Below are positions 10,494 to 24,266 of a DNA stretch of 64,000 nt, in pieces (the first letter of the stretch is position 1; every line of letters starts with the position of its first letter). This stretch comes from Acidimicrobiales bacterium (lineage in GTDB: Bacteria > Actinomycetota > Acidimicrobiia > Acidimicrobiales > GCA-2861595), in the NCBI GenBank assembly GCA_035540975.1, contig DATLFN010000152.1:1541-65540 (forward strand), in the 5' to 3' direction. The translations under genes and the position numbers were made by a program. The notes beneath the pieces are model-generated. The model searched no databases. It had not been told where the DNA came from and saw only the letters and a list, made by a program, of their open reading frames with translations.

Positions 10494-12980
10494 ATGGCGC
10501 TGGACCCCAACCGCTGGACCCACAAGACCCAGGAGGCGTTCCAGGACGCCGTCGAGCTGGCGCGGTCGGCCAGCAACCCCGAGGTCACGCCCGACCACCT
10601 GCTCGCCGCCCTCCTCGCGCAGGCCGACGGAGTCGTCCTGCCGCTCCTGGAGCGGGCCGGGCTGTCGCCCCTGACCGTCCGCAACTCCGTCACCGAGGCG
10701 CTGAGCCGCCTGCCCAGGGCGTACGGGAGCGAGGCCCAGGTCGGCCGTGCCCTCCAGCAGACGTTCGAGGCGGCCGAGGGCGTGCGCGTCGACCTCCGCG
10801 ACGAGTACCTCTCCACCGAGCACCTCCTGCTGGTCCTGGCCGACCGGCTGGGCACCTCGCGCGACGTCCTGCTCGAGGCCATGCGGGAGGTCCGGGGCAG
10901 CCACCGGGTCACCAGCCAGGACCCCGAGACGCAGTACCAGGCGCTGGAGAAGTACGGCCGCGACCTGACGGCGGAGGCCCGGCGGGGGAGGCTCGACCCC
11001 GTCATCGGGCGGGACGAGGAGATCCGCCGGGTGGTCCAGGTGCTCTCCCGGCGCACCAAGAACAACCCCGTGCTGATCGGCGAGCCCGGTGTGGGCAAGA
11101 CGGCCATCGTCGAGGGCCTGGCCCGGCGCATCGTCGAGGGCGACGTCCCCGAGAGCCTGAAGAACCGCCGGCTGGTCTCGCTGGACGTCGGCTCCCTCGT
11201 CGCCGGCGCCAAGTACCGCGGCGAGTTCGAGGAGCGCCTGAAGGCGGTGTTGAAGGAGATCACCGACGCCGGGGGCGAGGTCATCACCTTCGTCGACGAG
11301 CTCCACACGATCGTCGGTGCCGGCGCGGCGGAGGGCGCCATGGACGCCGGCAACATGATCAAGCCGCTGCTGGCCCGGGGCCAGCTGCGGATGATCGGCG
11401 CCACCACCCTGGACGAGTACCGCAAGCACATCGAGAAGGACGCCGCCCTCGAGCGCCGCTTCCAGCAGGTCTACGTGGGCCCGCCGTCGGCCGAGGACAC
11501 CGTCGCCATCCTCCGGGGCCTGAAGGAGCGGTACGAGGTCCACCACGGCGTCCGCATCCAGGACGCCGCCCTGGTGGCGGCGGCCGTGCTGTCGGACCGC
11601 TACGTCACCGGCCGGTTCCTCCCCGACAAGGCCATCGACCTCATCGACGAGGCGGCCAGCAAGCTGCGCATCGAGATCGACTCGGTCCCCATGGAGATCG
11701 ACGTGGTGGAGCGCCGGATGCGCCAGCTGGAGATCGAGCGGGTGGCCCTGGAGCAGGAGACGGACGCCGCCTCGGCCGAGCGGCTGGCCAAGCTGGACGA
11801 GGAGCTGGCCAACCTGCGCGAGCAGGCCGACGCCATGCGGGCCCACTGGCAGGCCGAGAAGGACGCCATCGCCGAGATCCGCGCCCTCAAGGAGGCGCTG
11901 GAGACGGCCCGCACCGACGTGGAGCGCCACGAGCGGGAGGGCAACTACGAGCGGGCGGCCGAGATCCGCTACGGCCAGCTGCCCGAGCTGGAGCGCAAGG
12001 TGGAGGAGGCGGGCGCCCGCCTGGCCGAGGAGCAGGCCACCAGCCAGATGCTGAAGGAGGAGGTGGACGCCGAGGACGTGGCCGAGGTGGTGGCCAAGTG
12101 GACGGGCGTGCCCGTCTCCCGCCTTCTCGAGGGCGAGGTGGAGAAGCTCGTCCGCATGGAGGGCGTCCTCCACCGGCGGGTGGTCGGACAGGACGACGCC
12201 GTGTCCGCGGTGGCCAACGCCATCCGCCGCTCCCGCTCGGGCCTGTCCGACCCCAACCGGCCCATCGGCTCGTTCCTCTTCCTCGGCCCCACCGGCGTGG
12301 GCAAGACCGAGCTGGCCCGGTCGCTGGCCGACTTCCTGTTCGACGACGAGAAGGCGCTCGTCCGCGTCGACATGGGCGAGTACCAGGAGAAGCACACCGT
12401 CGCCCGCCTCATCGGCGCCCCGCCCGGCTACGTGGGCTACGACGAGGGCGGCCAGCTCACCGAGGCCATCCGCCGCCGGCCGTACGCCGTCGTTCTGCTC
12501 GACGAGATCGAGAAGGCCCACTCCGACGTCTTCAACGTCCTGCTCCAGCTGCTGGACGACGGGCGCCTCACCGACGGCCAGGGCCGCACGGTGGACTTCA
12601 CCAACACGGTGGTCATCATGACGTCGAACCTGCAGGGCGACCCCGAGGACTTCTTCAAGCCCGAGTTCGTCAACCGCATCGACGAGATCGTGCGCTTCAA
12701 GGCGCTGACCAGGGACGACCTGTCGAGGATCGTCGACATCCAGCTGGGGCACCTGGAGAAGCGGCTGGCCTCCCGGCGCCTCGCCCTGGAGGTCACCCCC
12801 GACGCCCGGGCCTGGCTGGCCGACCGCGGCTACGACCAGGCGTACGGCGCCCGCCCCCTCCGCCGCCTCATCCAGCGCCACATCGGCGACCTCCTCGCCC
12901 TCGCCCTGCTGGAGGGCCGGTACGAGGACGGGTCCACCGTCAAGGTGGACGTGGAGGGCAGCGAGCTCGTGCTCCGGTAG
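10494..12980 (+). CDS. clpB: Disaggregase ClpB
   Basis: Two AAA+ modules ([15 protein letters not shown]; [17 protein letters not shown]), a long coiled-coil middle domain and the typical N-terminus [16 protein letters not shown]. Confidence 0.97.
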   Translation: MALDPNRWTHKTQEAFQDAVELARSASNPEVTPDHLLAALLAQADGVVLPLLERAGLSPLTVRNSVTEALSRLPRAYGSEAQVGRALQQTFEAAEGVRVDLRDEYLSTEHLLLVLADRLGTSRDVLLEAMREVRGSHRVTSQDPETQYQALEKYGRDLTAEARRGRLDPVIGRDEEIRRVVQVLSRRTKNNPVLIGEPGVGKTAIVEGLARRIVEGDVPESLKNRRLVSLDVGSLVAGAKYRGEFEERLKAVLKEITDAGGEVITFVDELHTIVGAGAAEGAMDAGNMIKPLLARGQLRMIGATTLDEYRKHIEKDAALERRFQQVYVGPPSAEDTVAILRGLKERYEVHHGVRIQDAALVAAAVLSDRYVTGRFLPDKAIDLIDEAASKLRIEIDSVPMEIDVVERRMRQLEIERVALEQETDAASAERLAKLDEELANLREQADAMRAHWQAEKDAIAEIRALKEALETARTDVERHEREGNYERAAEIRYGQLPELERKVEEAGARLAEEQATSQMLKEEVDAEDVAEVVAKWTGVPVSRLLEGEVEKLVRMEGVLHRRVVGQDDAVSAVANAIRRSRSGLSDPNRPIGSFLFLGPTGVGKTELARSLADFLFDDEKALVRVDMGEYQEKHTVARLIGAPPGYVGYDEGGQLTEAIRRRPYAVVLLDEIEKAHSDVFNVLLQLLDDGRLTDGQGRTVDFTNTVVIMTSNLQGDPEDFFKPEFVNRIDEIVRFKALTRDDLSRIVDIQLGHLEKRLASRRLALEVTPDARAWLADRGYDQAYGARPLRRLIQRHIGDLLALALLEGRYEDGSTVKVDVEGSELVLR

Positions 12981-13011
12981 TCCCGGGGGCGGTCGGGCCG
13001 TCGGCCTATGA

Positions 13012-15496
<2,485 letters not shown>

Positions 15497-15500
<4 letters not shown>

Positions 15501-15943
15501 AGGTCGCCGTGCTCATGGGGTCGCCCAACGACCGGGACAAGATGAAGGGCGCCGCCGCCATGCTCGAGCGCTTCGGCGTGGAGTGCGACGAGCGGGTGCT
15601 GTCGGCCCACCGGACCCCGGCCGAGGTCGCCGCCTTCGCCTCGTCGGCCCGGGACGACGGCTTCGCCGCCGTCATCTGCGGCGCCGGCATGGCCGCCCAC
15701 CTGGCCGGGGTGGTCGCCGCCCACACCACGCTCCCGGTCATCGGCGTGCCCCTGTCCGGTGGAGCCCTCAACGGGGTGGACGCCCTGTACGCCACCGTGC
15801 AGATGCCCAAGGGCATCCCGGTGGCCACGGTGGCGATCGACGGCTCCGCCAACGCCGGCCTGCTCGCCGTCGCCATCCTGGCCGTCACCGACAAGGTGCT
15901 GGCCGACAAGCTGGCCGAGTTCCGCGCCGGGGGCGCCCGTTGA
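15497..15943 (+). CDS. purE: N5-CAIR mutase (class I PurE by the SAHRTP motif)
   Basis: [24 protein letters not shown] and [22 protein letters not shown] motifs. ATG overlaps the purD stop (ATGA). Confidence 0.9.
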
Positions 15944-17244
15944 TCCCGCGGTACTCCATGCCGGAGATGGCGGCGCTGTGGACCGACGAGGCCCGCCTCG
16001 CCACCTGGCTCCAGGTCGAGGTCCTGGCCGTGGAGGCGTGGGCCCGTCTCGGCGTCGTCCCCGAGGCCGATGCCCTCGCCGTGCGGGGGCGGGCGCCGGA
16101 GGTCACGGAGGCCATGGTGCGGGCGGTGGCCCTGCGCGAGGCCGTCACCGACCACGACGTGGCCGCCTTCGTCGATGTCGTCCAGGAGGCCATCGGCGCC
16201 CCCGCGGGCAACTGGGTGCACTACGGGCTCACGTCGTCCGACGTGGTGGACACGGCCCTGGGCGCCACCCTGGCCCGGGCCGCCGACCTGCTGATCGCGG
16301 CGTCGGACGGGCTGGTGGCCGCGCTCGAGCGCCGGGCCCGCGAGTTCATCGACACGCCGATGGCCGGGCGCACCCATGGGATCCACGCCGAGCCGACCAC
16401 GTTCGGGGCCAAGCTCGCCCTGTGGTGCCTCCAGGCCGACCGGGACCGGGCCCGGCTGCGCGCCGCTCGCGACGCGGTGGCCGTGGGCAAGCTGTCGGGC
16501 GCGGTGGGCACGTACTCCAACGTCGACCCGTCGGTCGAGGCCTTCGTGTGCGAGCGGATGGGCCTGCGCCCCGTCCCCTCCACCCAGGTCGTCGCCCGCG
16601 ACCGCCACGCCGAGTTCCTGTGGGCGTGCGCGTCGGCGGGGGCGGGCGTGGAGCTCATGGCCACCGAGATCCGCCACCTCCAGCGCACCGAGGTGGGCGA
16701 GGCGTACGAGCCGTTCGGGGCGGGCCAGAAGGGCTCGTCGGCCATGCCCCACAAGCGCAACCCCATCACGTGCGAGCGCCTGTCCGGGCTGGCCCGGGTG
16801 CTGCGCGGGTACCTGGGGGCGGGCCTGGAGGACGTCGCCCTGTGGCACGAGCGCGACATCTCCCACTCGTCGGTCGAGCGGGTGGTGCTGCCCGACGCCA
16901 GCCTTCTCGCCTACTACCTCCTGCGGCGCATGACCCGGGTGGTCGACGGCCTGGAGGTCGACGCCGCCCGTATGCGGGAGAACCTCGACCGGTCGCACGG
17001 CCTCGTGTTCAGCCAGCCCGTGCTCCTCGCGCTGGTGGCCTCCGGCCTGCCGCGCGACGCCGCCTACCGCATCGTCCAGCGCAACGCCATGGCCGCGTGG
17101 GAGCAGGGCAAGAGCTTCCGCACACTGCTGGAGGGCGACCCCGAGGTCGCCCTGGGCGCCGACGCCCTGGACGAGGCCTTCGACCTCGGCCGGGCCGTGC
17201 GCAACGCCGCCCGCGTCCTCGACCACCTGGAGAAGATCTCGTGA
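15940..17244 (+). CDS. purB: Adenylosuccinate lyase
   Basis: (L)[14 protein letters not shown]-terminus, [10 protein letters not shown] and [11 protein letters not shown] signature. TTG 15940 overlaps the purE stop; ATG 15958 is an alternative. Confidence 0.9.
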   Translation: MIPRYSMPEMAALWTDEARLATWLQVEVLAVEAWARLGVVPEADALAVRGRAPEVTEAMVRAVALREAVTDHDVAAFVDVVQEAIGAPAGNWVHYGLTSSDVVDTALGATLARAADLLIAASDGLVAALERRAREFIDTPMAGRTHGIHAEPTTFGAKLALWCLQADRDRARLRAARDAVAVGKLSGAVGTYSNVDPSVEAFVCERMGLRPVPSTQVVARDRHAEFLWACASAGAGVELMATEIRHLQRTEVGEAYEPFGAGQKGSSAMPHKRNPITCERLSGLARVLRGYLGAGLEDVALWHERDISHSSVERVVLPDASLLAYYLLRRMTRVVDGLEVDAARMRENLDRSHGLVFSQPVLLALVASGLPRDAAYRIVQRNAMAAWEQGKSFRTLLEGDPEVALGADALDEAFDLGRAVRNAARVLDHLEKIS

Positions 17245-18122
17245 CCCTGGAGCACCGCTATTCCGGGAAGGTGCGCGACATCTACGACGCGGGCGACGGG
17301 CGCTTGCTGTTCGTCGCCTCCGACCGGGTGTCCGCCTTCGACGTCGTCATGGCCGAGCCGGTCCCCGACAAGGGGCGCGTCCTCACCGCCATGAGCGCCT
17401 TCTGGCTCGAGAAGCTGGCCGACATCGCCCCCAGCCATCTCGTCTCGGTGGACCCGGCCGACTTCCCGCCCGGCGCCGACGACATCGACGACGCCGCCGG
17501 TCGCACCATGCTCGTGCGCCGGGCCGAGATGCTGCCCATCGAGTGCATCGTGCGCGGCTACGTCTCCGGCTCGGCGTGGAAGGAGTACAAGGCGTCGGGC
17601 ACCGTCCACGGCACGCCGATGCCGCAGGGGATGCAGGAGTCCGACCGCCTGCCCGAGCCCGTGTTCACCCCGTCCACCAAGGCGAACGAGGGCCACGACG
17701 AGAACATCTCGTTCGAGGAGGCGTGCCGAATCGTCGGCGAGGACGTCGCCAAGCAGGCCCGGGAGATCAGCCTGGCCGCCTATGGGCGGGCTGCGGACTG
17801 GGCGCGGGCGAGGGGCATCATCCTGGCCGACACCAAGTTCGAGCTGGGCTGGATCGACGGCGACCTGGCGCTGTGCGACGAGGTGCTCACGCCCGACTCG
17901 TCCCGGTTCTGGGCCGAGGCCGACTGGCAGCCCGGCCGCACGCCGCCGTCGCTGGACAAGCAGCCCCTGCGCGACTGGCTGGAGGCGAGCGGCTGGGACA
18001 AGTCGCCCCCGCCCCCGCCGCTGCCCGAGGTCGTGGTGAACTCCATGCGCGAGCGCTACATCACGGCCTACGAGCGCATCACCGGCCGCCGCTTCTCCGA
18101 GTGGCTGGGGGTGAACGCGTGA
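17241..18122 (+). CDS. purC: SAICAR synthetase
   Basis: YSGKVRDIYD, ASDRVSAFDVV and LADTKFELG motifs. GTG overlaps the purB stop (GTGA). Confidence 0.9.
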   Translation: MTLEHRYSGKVRDIYDAGDGRLLFVASDRVSAFDVVMAEPVPDKGRVLTAMSAFWLEKLADIAPSHLVSVDPADFPPGADDIDDAAGRTMLVRRAEMLPIECIVRGYVSGSAWKEYKASGTVHGTPMPQGMQESDRLPEPVFTPSTKANEGHDENISFEEACRIVGEDVAKQAREISLAAYGRAADWARARGIILADTKFELGWIDGDLALCDEVLTPDSSRFWAEADWQPGRTPPSLDKQPLRDWLEASGWDKSPPPPPLPEVVVNSMRERYITAYERITGRRFSEWLGVNA

Positions 18123-18376
18123 CCGCCCGCTACGACGTGCGGGTCGAGGTCTCGCTGCGTCCCGGGATCGCCGACCCCCAGGGCGCCACCATCGAGCGGG
18201 CGCTGCCCGCCCTCGGCTTCCAGGGCGTCGCCGGCGTCCGGGTCGGGAAGTCGATCCGGTTCTCGGTGGAGGCGGGCGACGAGGCGGAGGCTCGCAGCCG
18301 GGTGGAGGAGCTGTGCAACCGCCTGCTCTCCAACCCGGTGATCGAGGACACCCGATTCGATCTGACGGCCGTATGA
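18119..18376 (+). CDS. purS: FGAM synthase subunit PurS
   Basis: 85 aa, RVEVSLRPGIADPQGATIERAL...NPVIED pattern. GTG overlaps the purC stop (GTGA). Confidence 0.85.
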   Translation: MTARYDVRVEVSLRPGIADPQGATIERALPALGFQGVAGVRVGKSIRFSVEAGDEAEARSRVEELCNRLLSNPVIEDTRFDLTAV

Positions 18377-19047
18377 GCCGCGTCGGCGTCGTCCAGTTCC
18401 CGGGCTCGAACTGCGAGCACGACGTCGTCGAGGCCGTGGAGAGGCTCGGCGGCAAGGGCGACATCGTGTGGCACGGCTCGCCGACGCTGCCCGACGTGGA
18501 CGCCGTCGTCCTGCCCGGCGGCTTCGCCCACGGCGACTACCTGCGCCCGGGGGCGATCGCCCGCTTCTCGCCGGTGATGGACGCCGTGCGCCGCTTCGCC
18601 GGAGAAGGTGGTCCGGTGGTCGGGATCTGCAACGGATTCCAGGTGCTCACGGAGGCCGGCCTCCTCCCCGGCGCGCTCCAGAAGAACGCCGGGCTGAAGT
18701 TCTTGTGCACCACCGTGGAGCTGCGCGTGGAGAGCGCGAAGTCGGTCCTTACGTCGGGGGCGACGGTCGGCGACATCCTCCGCATCCCCATCAACCACTT
18801 CGAGGGCAATTACACCTGTGACCCGGCGACCCTCGACCGCCTGGACCGCCACCAACAGGTCATCCTGCGTTATGTCGACAACCCCAACGGATCCAGCGAT
18901 TCCATCGCAGGCGTCTGCAACGAGCAGGGGAACGTCGTCGGACTGATGCCCCACCCGGAGCGGGCGAGCAGCGCGCTGCTCGGGTCGGAGGACGGCCTCG
19001 TCCTCCTGCGGTCTCTGCTCTCCGGGGCGGGCGTTCCCGGCCGCTGA
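18373..19047 (+). CDS. purQ: FGAM synthase glutaminase subunit PurQ
   Basis: VGVVQFPGSNCEHD, GFAHGDYLR, GICNGFQ (catalytic Cys) and MPHPER motifs. ATG overlaps the purS stop (ATGA). Confidence 0.9.
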   Translation: MSRVGVVQFPGSNCEHDVVEAVERLGGKGDIVWHGSPTLPDVDAVVLPGGFAHGDYLRPGAIARFSPVMDAVRRFAGEGGPVVGICNGFQVLTEAGLLPGALQKNAGLKFLCTTVELRVESAKSVLTSGATVGDILRIPINHFEGNYTCDPATLDRLDRHQQVILRYVDNPNGSSDSIAGVCNEQGNVVGLMPHPERASSALLGSEDGLVLLRSLLSGAGVPGR

Positions 19048-19054
19048 CGGGCGC

Positions 19055-19477
19055 TCAGCTGGCGCTGCGCTGGATGCCGGCTCGGCGCAGGACCGAGGCG
19101 TCCACACCGGCCTCACGCCACGCCGCATAGGTGATGCCCTTGCGGTGGCTGTACTCCCCGGCCGCCGCCACGAAGTCGTCCTCCAGGGCGGCCAGGTCGA
19201 CGGCGTCCTCCTTGGTGGAAAGCTCCGCTTGCAGGTTCATGCGCTCCTGCACGAGTTGCAGCCGGGTCAGAGGGTCGGCTTCCTCGATGCGATTTGCGAT
19301 GTCGTCCAGGCGCCGCTTGATCGAATCCGGCGTGCGCTTGCGGCCCCGCTTGGGGCGATGCGCATCGAGGGCCTCGAGGTACCGGCGTACGGCGCGGCCC
19401 TGCTCCCTTCCCAGGGCGAGCGCCTGCTTGTGCGCGTCGGTCATGGTGGATTTGGTCTTCTTCGCTCGAGGAGCCAT
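19055..19477 (-). CDS. Hypothetical protein with a basic N-terminus, inserted antisense in the pur cluster
   Basis: 140-aa ORF MAPRAKKTKSTMTDAHKQALALGREQGRAVRRYLEAL... The composition looks native and is not shadow-like. I recognise no family. Confidence 0.55.
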   Translation of the reverse strand: MAPRAKKTKSTMTDAHKQALALGREQGRAVRRYLEALDAHRPKRGRKRTPDSIKRRLDDIANRIEEADPLTRLQLVQERMNLQAELSTKEDAVDLAALEDDFVAAAGEYSHRKGITYAAWREAGVDASVLRRAGIQRSAS

Positions 19478-19579
19478 GGACCAAGCAAACTCCCTTCCGT
19501 CGGGAATTTCAAATCAAAGCTCGGAATTCCATTTGGTGGTCAGGCCCGCAGCGCAGGGTGGCGGCATAGGGTGACGGTC

Positions 19580-21778
19580 ATGGACTACGAGGTCGCGCGC
19601 GCGCTGGGGCTCACCGACGACGAGTCGGACGCCATCGCCGGGATCCTGGGGCGAGCCCCGAACCACCTCGAGCTCGCCATGTACGCGGTGATGTGGAGCG
19701 AGCACTGCTCGTACAAGTCGTCGAGGCTGCACCTGCGCCGGCTGCCCACCGAGGGGCCGCGGGTCCTCGTCGGGCCCGGCGAGAACGCGGGGGTGATCGA
19801 CGCCGGCGACGGGGTGGCCCTCGCCGTGCGCATCGAGAGCCACAACCACCCCTCGGCCGTCGAGCCCTACCAGGGCGCCGCCACCGGCGCGGGCGGCATC
19901 CTGCGCGACATCTTCACCATGGGCGCCCGCCCGATCGCCCTGCTGGACCCCCTGCGCTTCGGCCCGCTGGACGAGCCGCGCACCCGGTGGATCTTCGAGG
20001 GCGTGGTGAGCGGCATCTCCGGCTACGGCAACTCGGTCGGAGTGCCCACGGTGGGGGGAGAGGTGGTCTTCGACGAGTGCTACGCCGACAACCCGCTCGT
20101 CAACGTCATGTGCCTGGGCGTGATGCCGGCCGAGCGCCTGGTGCTGGGGGCCGCCACCGGCGTCGGGAACCTGGCCGTGCTGCTCGGTTCGACGACGGGC
20201 CGGGACGGCATCGGCGGGGTGAGCGTGCTGGCGTCGGCCGGGTTCGGCGACGGCGACGCCGACGCCGACAAGCGGCCCAGCGTCCAGGTGGGCGACCCGT
20301 TCGAGGAGAAGCGGCTCATCGAGGCGTGCCTCGAGCTGCTCGATGACGGGCTGGTCGTCGGCATCCAGGACCTCGGCGGCGCCGGCCTCACCTGCGCCAC
20401 CAGCGAGACGGCGTCGCGGGGCGGCGTCGGCATGGACGTCTACGTGTCCGAGGTGCCCCTGCGGGAGCGGGGCATGGAGCCGTTCGAGGTGATGACCAGC
20501 GAGAGCCAGGAGCGCATGCTGGCCATCGTCACGCCCGAGTCGCTGGACCGCGTCGTCGAGGTGTGCCGGCGCTGGGAGGTCCGCGCCTCCGTCGTCGGGA
20601 CCGTCACCGCAGGCGGTCGCCTGCGCATCCTCGACCGGTACGACGGCGACGTGCTGGCCGACGTGCCCGCCGCCTCTTTGCACGAGGACGCGCCGCTCTA
20701 CGACCGGCCGATGGAGGCGCCGTCGCCGGCGCCGCCTCTCGGGGAGCTGGAGTCGCACGACGCCGGCGCCGAGCTCCTCGACCTGCTGGTCGACCCGTCA
20801 TGGGTGTACCGCCAGTACGACCACCAGCTGTTCCTCAACACCGTCGAGGGGCCCGGCGGCGACGCCGCCGTCCTGCTGCTCAAGGCGCCCGGCCTCCCGG
20901 CCGCTCCTGGGGGAGCTTCCCGGGGCATCGCCGTGTCCACCGACGGCAACGCCCGCTGGTGCGCGGTGGACCCCCGCGCCGGGACGGCCATGCTGGTGGC
21001 CGAGTCGGCACTGAACGTCGCCTGCGCCGGGGCGGGACCGGCGGCGGTCGTCAACTGCCTCAACTTCGGCAACCCCGAGCACCCCGAGGTGATGTGGCAG
21101 CTGTCGGAGGCGATCGACGGCATGGCCGACGCCTGCCGGGCCCTCGGCCTGCCCGTGGTGGGCGGCAACGTGAGCCTCTACAACGAGAGCCGCGGGCGGG
21201 ACATCGACCCCACGCCCGTCATCGGCGTGGTGGGGCTGATGGAGCGCCTGGAGCGCCGCCCGCCGGGCGTCGGCCTGGTGGACGGCGACCGCCTGCTGCT
21301 CCTCGGGACCACCGATCCGGGACTGGGAGGGTCCCTGTGGGCGCTGCGCACCCATGGCCGCCGTGGCGGCCCGCTCCCCGGCCTCGACCTCGCCGCCCAC
21401 GCCCGGCTGCTCGGCCTCGTGCGGGGGCTGGTGGCCGACGGCGTGGTCTCCGGCATCCACGACGTGTCGGAGGGGGGGATCGGCCTGGCCCTGGCCGAGA
21501 TGGCCGTCCGCTCGGGCGTGGGCTTCGCCGTGGCGGGCGTGGCCACCGCCGCCGAGCTCTTCTCGGAGTCCCCGTCCCGGGTCGTCCTGTGCGTCGGCGC
21601 CGACCAGGTGCCCGAGGTCGAGGCCCGGGCCGCGAACGCGGCCGTCCCGGTGTCGGGCCTCGGTGTGGCGGGCGGCGACCGCCTGGCCGTCGCCGGGCTG
21701 GTCGACGTCGCCCTCGACGAGGCGGTGAACGCCTGGCGCTCGGCCATCCCGCGCGCCCTGGAGCCCGAACGCGCCTGA
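19580..21778 (+). CDS. purL: FGAM synthase large subunit PurL
   Basis: LELAMYAVMWSEHCSYKSS, ESHNHPS and two AIR-synthase-like repeats. ATG 19580 chosen (MDYEVARALGL); the 19145 start is an upstream extension. Confidence 0.92.
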   Translation: MDYEVARALGLTDDESDAIAGILGRAPNHLELAMYAVMWSEHCSYKSSRLHLRRLPTEGPRVLVGPGENAGVIDAGDGVALAVRIESHNHPSAVEPYQGAATGAGGILRDIFTMGARPIALLDPLRFGPLDEPRTRWIFEGVVSGISGYGNSVGVPTVGGEVVFDECYADNPLVNVMCLGVMPAERLVLGAATGVGNLAVLLGSTTGRDGIGGVSVLASAGFGDGDADADKRPSVQVGDPFEEKRLIEACLELLDDGLVVGIQDLGGAGLTCATSETASRGGVGMDVYVSEVPLRERGMEPFEVMTSESQERMLAIVTPESLDRVVEVCRRWEVRASVVGTVTAGGRLRILDRYDGDVLADVPAASLHEDAPLYDRPMEAPSPAPPLGELESHDAGAELLDLLVDPSWVYRQYDHQLFLNTVEGPGGDAAVLLLKAPGLPAAPGGASRGIAVSTDGNARWCAVDPRAGTAMLVAESALNVACAGAGPAAVVNCLNFGNPEHPEVMWQLSEAIDGMADACRALGLPVVGGNVSLYNESRGRDIDPTPVIGVVGLMERLERRPPGVGLVDGDRLLLLGTTDPGLGGSLWALRTHGRRGGPLPGLDLAAHARLLGLVRGLVADGVVSGIHDVSEGGIGLALAEMAVRSGVGFAVAGVATAAELFSESPSRVVLCVGADQVPEVEARAANAAVPVSGLGVAGGDRLAVAGLVDVALDEAVNAWRSAIPRALEPERA

Positions 21779-21839
21779 CCCCGGCGTTCACCTCGCGACG
21801 GCGCGCCAGGGCGTGGCGCGCCTCGCGAGGTGAATCCCT

Positions 21840-22661
21840 TCAGGGGCGGCGGTCCTCCAGCTCGGCGAGGGCCGAGTCGGGGACGTGGAGGTCGCCCCGG
21901 CCCACGCCCACGGCCAGGTCCGGCTTGTAGGTGCCGTGGTGGTCGGAGCCGCCGGCCGCCACCAGGCCCAGCCGCTGCGCCATGGCCGCCAGCTCGTCGC
22001 GCTCGCCCGGGTCGTAGCGGCCGTAGATCGCCTCGACGCCGGCCAGTCCCGCTTCGGCCAGCTCGGCCACCGCCGACTCCAGGGCGTCGGGCGCCAGCCT
22101 GGTGCTGAGCGGGTGGGCGAGCACGGCCACGCCGCCCGACGCCCGCGCCAGGGCGATGGCGCCGACGGGGTCGACGGCGCGGCGGGGAACGTCGCCCGGT
22201 CTCCCCCGGACGAGCCAGCGCCGGAAGGCGTCGTCGATGCTCGTCGCCCGCCCCTGGCGGACCAGCAGGGCGGCGGCGTGGGGGCGGCCGGCCCCCGATC
22301 CGCCGGCCAGCTCGAGCATCTCCTCGTAGTCGAGGCCGAGGGCCGCCGCCATGGCCCTGTTGCGCTCCTCCCTCGCCTGCTGGAGCTCGACCAGGGCCTC
22401 CTGGAACGGGCCATCGCCCGGCTCCACGAAGTAGACGAGGACGTGGAGGTTGCCCCGGTCCCAGCGGCACGAGATCTCGCACCCCGGCACCAGGCGCACG
22501 CCCAGCTCGGCGGCCCGGGCGGCTGCCGGGGCCACCCCGTCGAGGCGGTCGTGGTCGGTGAGGGCGACGGCCGAGCACCCGGCGGCGGCCGCCAGCTCGG
22601 GGATCCGGGCGGGAAGATCCGACCCGTCGGAGACGCTGGAGTGGGTGTGCAAGTCGATCAA
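21840..22661 (-). CDS. PHP-domain metal-dependent phosphoesterase (TrpH/YciV-like)
   Basis: (L)IDLHTHSSVSDGS, ALTDHD, VLAHP and GGSDHHG motifs. TTG 22661 gives the usual MIDLHTHS start. The 820-aa ORF 21840..24302 is this gene plus the antisense shadow of purF. Confidence 0.8.
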   Translation of the reverse strand: MIDLHTHSSVSDGSDLPARIPELAAAAGCSAVALTDHDRLDGVAPAAARAAELGVRLVPGCEISCRWDRGNLHVLVYFVEPGDGPFQEALVELQQAREERNRAMAAALGLDYEEMLELAGGSGAGRPHAAALLVRQGRATSIDDAFRRWLVRGRPGDVPRRAVDPVGAIALARASGGVAVLAHPLSTRLAPDALESAVAELAEAGLAGVEAIYGRYDPGERDELAAMAQRLGLVAAGGSDHHGTYKPDLAVGVGRGDLHVPDSALAELEDRRP

Positions 22662-22727
22662 GGCCTGGACGGTACGCGCCGCCGCCGGGTCGGCCGGTCC
22701 GGCGGCGCCGTGTGCGAGACTGAGCCC

Positions 22728-24266
22728 GTGACGGACGGTCAGCCCCACGCCGCCGACGCGGAGGGCGACGACCACCTGCGCGACGCCTGTGGCGTGTTCG
22801 GGGTGTACGCGCCGGGCACGACCGTCGCCCACCTCACCTTCGAGGGCCTGCACACCCTCCAGCACCGCGGCCAGGAGTCGGCCGGCATGGCGGTGAGCGA
22901 CGGCGACACGATCACCATCGTCAAGGACATGGGCCTGGTCACCAACGTCTTCGACGAGCGGACGCTGGCGCCCCTCAAGGGCCACCTGGCCATCGGCCAC
23001 ACCCGGTACTCCACGACCGGCTCGTCCACCTGGCGCAACGCCCAGCCCGTGTACCGCGAGCCCGGCGAGTCCGGCTTCGCCCTCGGCCACAACGGCAACC
23101 TCACGAACACCGAGGCCCTGGCCCGGGAGGCGGGGATGCTCCCGGGCATGATCACCAGCGACAGCGACCTGGTGGCCGAGCTCATCGCCGCCGAGTTCCC
23201 GGCCGACGGGCACGAGCACAGCGACGGGCGCGACCTCGAGCGGGCGCTGGTGAAGGTGCTGCCCCGCCTGGCGGGCGCCTTCTCGTTCGTCCTCATGGAC
23301 ACGGCTCGGGTGATCGGCGTGCGTGACCCGAACGGGTTCCGGCCCCTGTGCCTCGGCAAGATCGAGGGCGGGTGGGTGCTGGCGTCGGAGACCGCCGCCC
23401 TGGACGTGATCGGCGCCCACTTCGTCCGGGAGATCGACCCGGGCGAGATGATCGTGATCGACGCCGCCGGTTGGCGCTCCGAGCGCCCGTTCCCGGCCCA
23501 CCGGGTCGATCCCAAGCTCTGCCTGTTCGAGTTCATCTACATCGCCCGGCCCGACAGCCAGCTGTACGGGCGGGAGATCCACGGTGCCCGCGGCCGCATG
23601 GGCGAGCTGCTGGCCGAGCAGGCGCCGGTGGAGGCCGACATGGTGATGGGCGTGCCCCAGTCGGGCGTACCCGCGGCCGAGGGCTACGCCCGCCGCAGCG
23701 GCATCCCGTACGGGCAGGGCCTGGTCAAGAACCCCTACACCCACCGCACGTTCATCGCCCCCAGCCAGGAGCTGCGCCGCCAGGGCGTGCGCCGCAAGCT
23801 CAACCCGCTGCGGGGGAACGTGGCCGGCAAGCGGTTGATCGTGGTGGACGACTCGATCGTCCGGGGCACCACGCAGCGCGCCATCGCCCGCATGCTGCGC
23901 GAGGCCGGCGCCACCGAGGTCCACGTCCGCATCACCAGCCCGCCCTACAAGTGGCCCTGCTTCTACGGAGTCGACACCGGGAGCCGCTCCGAGCTGCTCG
24001 CCGCCAACATGTCGGTCTCGGAGATGCAGGACTACCTGGGCGTCGACTCGCTCGCCTTCCTCAGCCTGGACGGCCTGGAGCGGGCCGTCGGCGCCCCCGG
24101 CGCCGGGTTCTGCAACGCGTGCCTGACCGGCCGGTACCCCACCGAGGTGCCGGTCAACCTCACCAAGGGGGTCCTCGAGACGGGGTCGAGCTCGCCGTCG
24201 GAGGACTGGCAGGTCGCCGAGGCGGCGGCCGCGGTCGAAGGCCTCGCCGACGCCGACGGTGGCTGA
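22728..24266 (+). CDS. purF: Amidophosphoribosyltransferase
   Basis: Propeptide then CGVFGV (N-terminal nucleophile Cys), LQHRGQESAGMA and VVDDSIVRGTT (PRPP loop). C-terminal Cys ligands CFYGVD...CNAC suggest the 4Fe-4S type. GTG 22728 is in frame. Confidence 0.92.
   Translation: MTDGQPHAADAEGDDHLRDACGVFGVYAPGTTVAHLTFEGLHTLQHRGQESAGMAVSDGDTITIVKDMGLVTNVFDERTLAPLKGHLAIGHTRYSTTGSSTWRNAQPVYREPGESGFALGHNGNLTNTEALAREAGMLPGMITSDSDLVAELIAAEFPADGHEHSDGRDLERALVKVLPRLAGAFSFVLMDTARVIGVRDPNGFRPLCLGKIEGGWVLASETAALDVIGAHFVREIDPGEMIVIDAAGWRSERPFPAHRVDPKLCLFEFIYIARPDSQLYGREIHGARGRMGELLAEQAPVEADMVMGVPQSGVPAAEGYARRSGIPYGQGLVKNPYTHRTFIAPSQELRRQGVRRKLNPLRGNVAGKRLIVVDDSIVRGTTQRAIARMLREAGATEVHVRITSPPYKWPCFYGVDTGSRSELLAANMSVSEMQDYLGVDSLAFLSLDGLERAVGAPGAGFCNACLTGRYPTEVPVNLTKGVLETGSSSPSEDWQVAEAAAAVEGLADADGG

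Noticed and set aside
19478-19579. AT-richer divergent region before purL with GGAATTTC...GGAATTCC repeats, considered as a purine-regulator box
   Set aside because: I know of no matching operator consensus for this lineage, and the repeat is short and imperfect. It is most simply a divergent promoter region.
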